This document shows positions 7,364-14,277 of a DNA stretch of 25,064 nt, one piece after another (position 1 is the stretch's first letter; the number at the start of each line of letters is the position of its first letter). Made by a program: the position numbers and the translations under genes. Below the pieces are notes generated by a model. That model was given only the letters and a program-made list of their open reading frames with translations, ran no database searches and was not told the origin of the DNA. The DNA is from a bacterium (GTDB taxonomy: Bacteria > Zhuqueibacterota > Zhuqueibacteria > Oceanimicrobiales > Oceanimicrobiaceae). The stretch lies in the NCBI GenBank assembly GCA_037446635.1, contig JBBIIG010000059.1, positions 1 to 25,064 on the forward strand. The letters are read 5' to 3'.

Positions 7364-8444
7364 AAAACGACAATGGCAGGGGGAGGGAACATTCTTCGAC
7401 GGCCAAACTTCCCGCGCGCAGCCGGTTCAAATCAGTATCAACGAGCTGGGAATTTCCGTTGCCATCAATAATTCGGAGCACTTTTTTCGCCCCTTCGATT
7501 TCCGCGTCGCCGAACGCACCGGCAAGGGCTATGTGCGCATCGAGCTGATGACGTTCGGCGGCGCCGGCCTAACCATCGATAGCCCGCAGGCCGTGGCCGC
7601 TTTACAAGCCAACCGTTTTTTCAAATCCAGTTTTCTTTCCATCCTGCCGGGCAAAACCAGGCTGCTGGCGCTGGTCGGCGGCCTGATTCTCGCGTTGGCG
7701 CTGTTTTTCTTTTTCGGACTGGATTTGCTCATCGAACACGGTCTCGCCCTGGTTCCCAAAAGCGCCGAAGAAAAATTAGGGAAAACCGCCTTTGATTCTT
7801 TGGTGGAGGGCAGCGAGCTGGCAAGCGATGGCAGCGTCCTGCAAATTTTAGAAAAATGCGCCGCGGTGGTGTCGGCGTTTGATACCACCAGCAGCTATAC
7901 CATCAAAATCGCAATCGTGGAAGACCGGGAAACGATCAATGCCTTCGCGCTCCCCGGTGGGTACATCTGCATTTATCGCGGCATCATCGAAATTATGGAT
8001 GATGAATCGGAATTATTCGGCCTGCTGGCTCACGAAGCGGGACACATTTACCTGCAGCACGGTCTCCGCCGAATTGCCCGCACCGCCGTCATCGGCTTCG
8101 TTTTCACCGCGCTTTTGGGAGACGCCAGCGGACTCTCCGCGGTGCTGCTGGATAACAGCTCGCTGCTACTGCAGCTCAACTACAATCGCAAAGAAGAACG
8201 GGCCGCCGACGATTACGCGGTGCAGGCGCTTCAAAAAAGCGGTCTGAACCAGCACGGCCTCATCACCCTATTTGAAAAAATTGCAAAGGAAGAAAAAGAT
8301 ACTCAGCCGCTGCCCTTTCTTTCAACCCACCCGGCTGCCGCGAAACGAATTCAATTCCTAAAACAAAAAGTCCAACCAACCACGGCTGATAAAACGATCT
8401 TGTCCCCCCAAGAGTGGGCAAAACTGAAAGGATCGGGAGTGTGA
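7353..8444 (+). CDS. M48 family zinc metallopeptidase (usual YjgN partner)
   Basis: N-terminal FFDGQTS, a TM helix, INAFALPGG, HEAGH (HExxH), E..AD and LSTHP. The TTG start overlapping the yjgN-like stop is uncertain. Confidence 0.9.
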   Translation: MDSKKRQWQGEGTFFDGQTSRAQPVQISINELGISVAINNSEHFFRPFDFRVAERTGKGYVRIELMTFGGAGLTIDSPQAVAALQANRFFKSSFLSILPGKTRLLALVGGLILALALFFFFGLDLLIEHGLALVPKSAEEKLGKTAFDSLVEGSELASDGSVLQILEKCAAVVSAFDTTSSYTIKIAIVEDRETINAFALPGGYICIYRGIIEIMDDESELFGLLAHEAGHIYLQHGLRRIARTAVIGFVFTALLGDASGLSAVLLDNSSLLLQLNYNRKEERAADDYAVQALQKSGLNQHGLITLFEKIAKEEKDTQPLPFLSTHPAAAKRIQFLKQKVQPTTADKTILSPQEWAKLKGSGV

Positions 8445-8485
8445 AAATCAGTCCGCAGGACGTATTTTTACACTCAAGTATTCCA

Positions 8486-8514
8486 TTGATTTTTGTCCGC
8501 GCGCTTCTTATAAT
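8486..8514 (+). promoter_or_regulatory. Sigma70-type promoter of the PurD-like/alr pair
   Basis: TTGATT-N17-TATAAT, with the -10 box ending 11 bp before ATG 8526. Confidence 0.6.
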
Positions 8515-8525
8515 CATTCCCGATT

Positions 8526-9797
8526 ATGAAATCTCTTTCCGAAGATAATCGGCGCATCATGGCATTTGGCGTCGGCTCCGCCACGCAGGGTATTTTGCAC
8601 GGCCTGAAGGTCGCTGGCGCAGAGGTAAGCACGTACCTCACCCGCGATTACGCCCACTGGGGCCCGGCGCTGGAAGGCGAAACCTTTCTGCGCGAAATCT
8701 ATCCCAACCCCTGCCAACTGGTGCTGGAGAAGAAGATCGATTTTGTGATCCCGATGTCCATCGACTGGTTTCTGGCGGATTGGACGGAGGAGTTTCTTTC
8801 GCTGAACGTTCCCATTCTTTCGCCCACCGGCGAGGGCATGCTGCTGGAGCGCGATCGTGACTTTGCGCGCGCGCTGTGCGAAAAGTACCGCATTCCGTTT
8901 CCGAAATCATTCGTGGCTCGCAACCGCCTCGAAGCCGAAACCATTTTGAAAAATCATCCGCTGCCGTATGTTATCAAAAATCCGCTCTGTTCGCCTACCA
9001 GTCCGGTGCACACCATTGTTTGCGAAACCGTGGAAGACACCCGCAGTTGGCTCAAGCGGGTGAATTACGAAGAAGGAATTTTTTTGCAGGAATACATGGG
9101 CCGGCGCGAGGCCGGGCACATTGCGCTGGTGAGCGCCGGCGAGATTTATTCGCTCATCACGAATCAGGAGTACAAACGCGCCTTCGACGGCAATATGGGC
9201 ATCGTGGCCGGCGCGCCGCTGGGCGGACTCGTGGAAAAAGATCCAAATGATAAATACGGTTTGGCCAAGCAGCTTTTGCATCCGCTGCTACCGTGGTTCC
9301 GCGAAGTCGGTTTTCACGGGCCGGTGCAGGTGACGGCCATTTGGCGCGACGAGCGCTGGGCGGTGCTGGAATACAACGTCCGGCTCGGCATCACCTGCGG
9401 CCCGGTGATCACCAAAATGTTGGCGAACCCGGTGCAGGTGCTGGGGGATGTGGCGCGCAACCGTAAACTCGAAATTCGGCTGCACGACGATCTCAACTTT
9501 GGTTGTTCCATCACGCTGGCCGGCTACGGCTATCCCTACACACAAGTCACAGGGCCGCCGTTTCCCATCACCCTGCATGGCGATTTCACCTGCGATGTCT
9601 GGTGGAACGAAGCCGCCCCCGATGCCAAAGGTCATCTCTTCGCCACCGGCCACCGCATCGCCGACGTGGTGGCGGTGCGGCCGACTTTGGAGGACGCCAT
9701 CGAAACCGCGTACGAGAATATCCGCAAAATTCGCTGCCTCAGCAGTTACTATCGCACGGACATTGGCCAAAGCCTGTGGCCGCCAGGAAATGAGTGA
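8526..9797 (+). CDS. Divergent PurD (phosphoribosylamine-glycine ligase)-like ATP-grasp ligase
   Basis: Retains LE...F, PYVIK, QEY...E, QEYKRAFDG.MG, LEYNVRLG, GYP and C-terminal YYRTDIG. Lacks PurD GGREH, GPE, KADGLAAGKGV, NTGGMG and GDPE. Confidence 0.78.
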   Translation: MKSLSEDNRRIMAFGVGSATQGILHGLKVAGAEVSTYLTRDYAHWGPALEGETFLREIYPNPCQLVLEKKIDFVIPMSIDWFLADWTEEFLSLNVPILSPTGEGMLLERDRDFARALCEKYRIPFPKSFVARNRLEAETILKNHPLPYVIKNPLCSPTSPVHTIVCETVEDTRSWLKRVNYEEGIFLQEYMGRREAGHIALVSAGEIYSLITNQEYKRAFDGNMGIVAGAPLGGLVEKDPNDKYGLAKQLLHPLLPWFREVGFHGPVQVTAIWRDERWAVLEYNVRLGITCGPVITKMLANPVQVLGDVARNRKLEIRLHDDLNFGCSITLAGYGYPYTQVTGPPFPITLHGDFTCDVWWNEAAPDAKGHLFATGHRIADVVAVRPTLEDAIETAYENIRKIRCLSSYYRTDIGQSLWPPGNE

Positions 9798-9826
9798 ACC
9801 ACAAATTTCGCGAATTGACACGAATT
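9797..9826 (+). repeat. Short heptamer-built repeat (CACGAAT type) abutting REP copy 2
   Basis: AAC-CACAAAT-TT-CGCGAAT-TGA-CACGAAT-T has the same AAC+heptamer architecture as the CGCAAAG elements. Confidence 0.5.
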
Positions 9827-9831
9827 GAATT

Positions 9832-9861
9832 CGTAGGGGCGATTCATGAATCGCCCCTACG
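9832..9861. repeat. GTAG-family REP-like perfect palindrome, copy 2
   Basis: CGTAGGGGCGATTCATGAATCGCCCCTACG is a perfect 30-bp palindrome. It differs from copy 1 only by compensatory TA>CG changes in both arms. Confidence 0.9.
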
Positions 9862-9868
9862 GGGTATA

Positions 9869-11020
9869 ATGAATATGCAAGATATACGAAAATCCGTTCG
9901 TCCTGCCTGGGTTGAAATCGATCTCACACAACTGAAACGGAATTTTGAACTCATCACGCGCGACCTGCCCGCCCATTTGAAATTTATTTCGGTGATCAAA
10001 GATCAAGCGTACGGCCACGGCGCCGTGGAAGTTGGAAAAATCGCGCTGGAATTTGGCGCCACTCATCTGGCGGTGGCCACGATCGACGAAGCCTTGGAAC
10101 TGCGGCACAACGGCATCGCCGCGCCGGTGATGATCTTCGGCGAACGCACGGACGAAGAGCTCCGGCTGTGCGTGGAATACGATTTCACTTGCTTCATCAA
10201 CGACGTCCCAAAAGCGGAACGATTTGCCAAACTCGCCGCTGTCACCAACAAGCGGCCGGCTGTCCATGTCGAAGTGGACACCGGTCTCAGCCGTTACGGT
10301 GTGCGCTGGACCAAGGCCATCGCGATCATCGAACCCATCAGCAAATTACCAGCGCTGAACCTTGAAGGCGTGATGAGCCACTTCGCCATGTCCGATGAAT
10401 TAGACAAAAGTTTTGCGCTCCAGCAGTTAGAAAGATTCCAGCACGTTTTGAATGAAATGGAACACCGGGGTATTCGCGTTAAATACCGCCACATTTGCAA
10501 CACCGGCGGCTTTCTCGATCTGCCGCAAGCGCATTTTGATCTCGTGCGCATCGGGATTTTGCCGCTGGGCGTCTATCCTTCACCAGTGTGCCGCAGAATT
10601 TCTGGCCTGCAGCCGGTGATGTCGGTAAAATGCCAAGTCGCTGCCATCCGTGATCTGGAAGTTGGCGATTACGTGGGCTACGGCATGCGTTACCGCGCCG
10701 AGTCGCCGCGGCGGATCGCGGTGCTGCCCATCGGTTACGGCGACGGTTATCCGCGCGTGCGCAATAAAGGCGCGGTTCTCATTCACGGCCGGCGCGCGCC
10801 TATCATCGGCGGCAACGCCATGGATGCGATGATGGTGGACATCACGGATATCCCCCAAACCAAATTGTGGGACGAAGTGGTGCTGATGGGCCAACAGGGC
10901 GGCGACGAGATCAGCGTGCACGAAATTGCTCAGTTAAAAGGCAGCGTGTCGTACGATATCCTCGCGGGGTGGAGTTGGCGCCTGCCGCGAGTGTGCACCA
11001 AACAAACCAAACGAGATTAA
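9869..11020 (+). CDS. alr: Alanine racemase family PLP enzyme
   Basis: RPAWVEIDL, PLP Lys in SVIKDQAYGHG, VATIDEALELR, DTGLSRYG, SHFA, catalytic Tyr in VGYG, and PIGYGDGY. Start placed at ATG 9869. The in-frame GTG 9794 would translate the repeats. Confidence 0.88.
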   Translation: MNMQDIRKSVRPAWVEIDLTQLKRNFELITRDLPAHLKFISVIKDQAYGHGAVEVGKIALEFGATHLAVATIDEALELRHNGIAAPVMIFGERTDEELRLCVEYDFTCFINDVPKAERFAKLAAVTNKRPAVHVEVDTGLSRYGVRWTKAIAIIEPISKLPALNLEGVMSHFAMSDELDKSFALQQLERFQHVLNEMEHRGIRVKYRHICNTGGFLDLPQAHFDLVRIGILPLGVYPSPVCRRISGLQPVMSVKCQVAAIRDLEVGDYVGYGMRYRAESPRRIAVLPIGYGDGYPRVRNKGAVLIHGRRAPIIGGNAMDAMMVDITDIPQTKLWDEVVLMGQQGGDEISVHEIAQLKGSVSYDILAGWSWRLPRVCTKQTKRD

Positions 11021-11021
11021 T

Positions 11022-11929
11022 TTGGCCAGAAAAATTTACGAAAGCGCGCGCTATGGAATTGGAGAGTGGTATGGCCGGCGAATTGAGACGGTTTCTACTC
11101 AAGATCGAATTCGCTATGCCACATTAATTGGCATAAACAAAGAGCCTTGTCCACACCGCCCCGGCAAATGTGCAACAAAAGCGGCGGCGTTTGTTCATTG
11201 GCAATGTATCAAAAGAATGAAGATGGAACCGTTAGGTTAGCAAGCACTTCGGATTTAGTAACGTTATGCCCCATGCGGTTTTGGCAAAAATTATACGATC
11301 TTTAGAGAAGTTGGCGCTTTCGTTTTGGGACGAACAAACCAGCGTTAATCAAAGAAATTAGTTTCTTGAAAAGCATCGATAAAGCAGGAGAAATTTCAAG
11401 CGAGATGGTCGGCCGGATCGACATGGTGCTGGCTAAAGTTGAAACCAATAACAGAATCGACGACTGGTGTACTTTGGAAATGCAGGCCGTTTATTTCTCT
11501 GGAGAAAGCATGAAAACAGAATTCAGGATGATCGAGAAACAACCAAATAAGCTGCTTTTTCCGACAGCCATTCGCCGGCCAGATTTTCGCAGTTCTGGCC
11601 CAAAGCGTCTCATGCCACAACTTCAAATTAAAGTTCCTTCTCTTCGCCGCTGGGGTAAAAAGATGGCGGTTGTAGTTGATCAGCCATTTTATCAATCCAT
11701 CGCGCCCATGAAACAAGAGGCCAATATTTCGAATGCCGATATTGCCTGGTTTGTCGTGAGTTATGATGGACCCGGTGGAGAACTGCGGTTGAAAGAAGTT
11801 ATATTGACAACGCTTGAAAGTTCGGTGGAAGGTTTGACCGCCGGGGTACCGGTCACGAAAGAAGAATTTGAAAAAGAATTGATTTCCTATTTGGTGGGAA
11901 AAAGGGATAAAGTCGTCAGGCTTTCGTGA
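11022..11929 (+). pseudogene. NotI-family type II restriction endonuclease with three apparent frameshifts (pseudogene or sequencing error)
   Basis: Pieces in two frames join into GIGEWYG...CPHRPG / CNKSGGVCSL...TLCPMRFWQ / YTIFREVGAFVLG / TNKPALIKEISFL...VGRIDMVL...LEMQAVYFSG...RRPDFRSSGPKRLMPQLQIK...WGKK.AVVVD. This gives a Cys4 metal site and a D...ExQ catalytic core typical of the NotI family. Confidence 0.8.
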
Positions 11930-12818
11930 TCAAAAGCTCATACACCACCGAATGATGCGTGTTTTTCATAGGCACTTTTTTAATCGTAAAACTATGAGCG
12001 GCAGAAAGGTATTTGACCTCGACAGCATCATCATACGTCATTAAAAACTTTCCTTGTATTTTGGCCATGATTTCAAAAAGCTTTTGATGATCAACTTCGT
12101 TGAATCGGTACAATCTCTTGCCGGCGCTTTTACCACTCGCGGTATAGGGAGGATCAATAAAGAAGGCGCTATAATTTTCATGCTCATATTTTTTGATGAT
12201 TTCAAAAGCGTCCGCTTCAAAGAATTTTATTTTATCTCGAAGTTCATAAATGAATTTGATACGCTTGGCTAAGGTAGCTGGATACCAGCGCGACATTAAG
12301 CCCTTGCCATTTTCTCCGGATTTGACTAAACTTGCTCCCGGCGCTATGATGCCGCCGCGCTGCGTTCTATTTTTTACAATGGTTCGAAATGCATTTTCGC
12401 GAACGGATAGCGGTTTCGTGCTGAGCACCTCTCTGACGTTTTGGAGGGTTATCTCAAAATTTAAAATGCGATCGCAGAGATACTCCGGCTCGCGTAAAAT
12501 GGTTTTCCAAACTGAAGCGACATCGGGATCGAGTTCAGCAATTACAATCTTGTCGGCAAGATTCCCAGCGGCGACACTAAGAGAGATTATGGCGCCGCCC
12601 GCAAATGGTTCGATAAATGATTTTGGTCGGAAATTCAATGAGGCCAGCCACTTCCGTAGCTCCGGGACAAGCCAGGTTTTCCCGCCCGGGTAGCGAAAAG
12701 GACTCAGTTGTTGGACCCTGGAAACGTTGACAGGTTTTTCATCGATGGGGGCGGAGATTTTTTTGAAAATCTCGGCGTCAGTGAAAAGCGAATTGGTCCC
12801 GAGTGGCATAGTTTTCAT
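11916..12818 (-). CDS. Dam/D12-class DNA amino-methyltransferase (probably N6-adenine)
   Basis: SPFRYPGGK, FIEPFAGGA (motif I), FIDPPY (motif IV) and TYDD. Convergent with the endonuclease, overlapping its 3' end by 14 bp. Confidence 0.92.
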   Translation of the reverse strand: MKTMPLGTNSLFTDAEIFKKISAPIDEKPVNVSRVQQLSPFRYPGGKTWLVPELRKWLASLNFRPKSFIEPFAGGAIISLSVAAGNLADKIVIAELDPDVASVWKTILREPEYLCDRILNFEITLQNVREVLSTKPLSVRENAFRTIVKNRTQRGGIIAPGASLVKSGENGKGLMSRWYPATLAKRIKFIYELRDKIKFFEADAFEIIKKYEHENYSAFFIDPPYTASGKSAGKRLYRFNEVDHQKLFEIMAKIQGKFLMTYDDAVEVKYLSAAHSFTIKKVPMKNTHHSVVYELLITKA

Positions 12819-12836
12819 CTTGACGGAGTTGCGAGC

Positions 12837-12865
12837 AATCTAATAAACTCCATCCGCAACGTCAA
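12837..12865 (-). promoter_or_regulatory. Candidate methylase promoter within an imperfect inverted repeat
   Basis: Minus strand TTGACG-N17-TAGATT, overlapped by the dyad CTTGAC(gga)GTTGCG...CGCAACGTCAAG (12819-12866). Confidence 0.4.
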
Positions 12866-12913
12866 GCAATTTTTCTCTCATCACCTTCAAGGTATCGTAA
12901 AGGTATTTGAGCC

Positions 12914-13798
12914 TTGTATCGCATCGGAATTGATTTAGGCGGAACCAAGATCGAGGGCGTGATTCTCGACGAGCGCCAGCGCGAAATTGTCCGCCGCCGC
13001 ATCGCCACCGAACAGGAAAAAGGGTACGAGCACATTCTTGGCGCTATCAAAAAAGTGTACGATGATCTGACCGCTCAAATTAAAAACGCCGAGCACACCT
13101 TCGGCATTGGCACCCCCGGCGCCATCTCCCGCCGCACGGGTCTGCTAAAAAATTCCAACACTCTTTGTTTAAATGAGAAACCTTTGAAAGCCGATCTCGA
13201 GCGCCGGCTCAACCGGCCGCTCAACATCGAAAACGACGCCAACTGTTTTGCCCTGGCGGAAGCGCTGGCCGGCGCCGGCGTGGGAAAAACGTTGGTGTTC
13301 GGAGTGATCATGGGCACGGGCTGCGGCGGCGGCATCGTTTATAAAGGCGAAGTCATCACCGGACCCCAGGCCATTGCCGGCGAGTGGGGGCATCATTCGA
13401 TTGATCAAAATGGGCCGCGGTGCTGGTGCGGCCGCCGCGGCTGCGCCGAGACCCTCATCAGCGGCGGCGGCCTCGAGAGGCTCTACGAAACTCAGTTTGG
13501 AAAAAAACTGCCGCTGGCGGCAGTGGTGAGTTTATATCGAAAACAGCAGGAGCCGGCGTTCAGTTTCGTCCAGGCTTTTTTTAGAAATTTTGGCCGGGCG
13601 TTGGGAAATTTAATCAACATACTCGATCCAGATGTGGTTGTGTTGGGCGGCGGCCTCTCCAACATCGATGAGCTTTACACCGAGGGCGTGCGCGAAGTTG
13701 CGAAATGTGTGTTCAGCGACTTCTTTGAAACGCCTGTTGTTAAAAATAAATTGGGCGATTCCGCCGGCGTGATCGGTGCGGCGCTCATCGGGCGATGA
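12914..13798 (+). CDS. ROK family sugar kinase (Mak/fructokinase-like)
   Basis: GIDLGGTKIE, ENDANCFALAEA, GTGCGGG, GEWGH, CWCGRRGCAE zinc motif, LGGGLSN and GD.AG..GAA. No HTH domain. TTG start. Confidence 0.93.
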   Translation: MYRIGIDLGGTKIEGVILDERQREIVRRRIATEQEKGYEHILGAIKKVYDDLTAQIKNAEHTFGIGTPGAISRRTGLLKNSNTLCLNEKPLKADLERRLNRPLNIENDANCFALAEALAGAGVGKTLVFGVIMGTGCGGGIVYKGEVITGPQAIAGEWGHHSIDQNGPRCWCGRRGCAETLISGGGLERLYETQFGKKLPLAAVVSLYRKQQEPAFSFVQAFFRNFGRALGNLINILDPDVVVLGGGLSNIDELYTEGVREVAKCVFSDFFETPVVKNKLGDSAGVIGAALIGR

Positions 13799-13850
13799 TG
13801 ATTATTTCTTGAAACTTTTTAACTCATCACTCAAAGAAAAAGAGGTCATC

Positions 13851-14210
13851 ATGCAACCCTACCTCGACGCCATCCGCCACCGCGTATGCACGGTGTGCAT
13901 CGACGGCATCTTTAACAAGCAAAACGAGTTCGTGCGCTGCGGCTTGCCCATCGGCAGAACCTGCCCAATTGAGTTGTACTTGCCGCAGGTGATTGATGTG
14001 ATCGAATCCATCGACAGCACGGAAATGGAGGACTACGTCGCCCTGCTGCGGGATAAAGTGTGCGCGCTCTGCGCCCAGGACGACGACGGCATGTGCGCCC
14101 TGCGCCTGCGCGCCGACTGCGCTCTCGACCGCTATTTCATGCTCGTGGCCGGCGCCGTTGAGGAAGTGCGGATGAAGGCTTTAGCCAGAAAAAGCACTTG
14201 TAATTTTTAA
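13851..14210 (+). CDS. Small Cys-rich hypothetical protein, 119 aa, internally duplicated
   Basis: ATG 13851 after GAGG RBS. Two modules of the form Y...(I/L)R..VC..C...C-x7-C.(I/L)..Y...V. Confidence 0.8.
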   Translation: MQPYLDAIRHRVCTVCIDGIFNKQNEFVRCGLPIGRTCPIELYLPQVIDVIESIDSTEMEDYVALLRDKVCALCAQDDDGMCALRLRADCALDRYFMLVAGAVEEVRMKALARKSTCNF

Positions 14211-14277
14211 CCACAAAGCATCCTCCGGTAATTGCTGCTAAGTCCGCATTCAGATCAAAGTTTACCTGGCGCAAATT

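Noticed and set aside
8526..9797. Calling this gene purD
   Set aside because: Most PurD substrate-binding signatures are absent and there is no purine-gene context, so the symbol was withheld.
598..9861. CRISPR array or IS terminal repeats formed by the two 28-bp palindromic cores
   Set aside because: There are only two copies 9.2 kb apart, no spacers, no cas or transposase gene, and ordinary genes lie between them.
11303..11305. TAG read-through (pyrrolysine or recoding) in the endonuclease
   Set aside because: Read-through gives LYDL*RSWRFRF, whereas the alternative frame gives YTIFREVGAFVLG, which looks more like the family pattern. Compensating indels explain it better.
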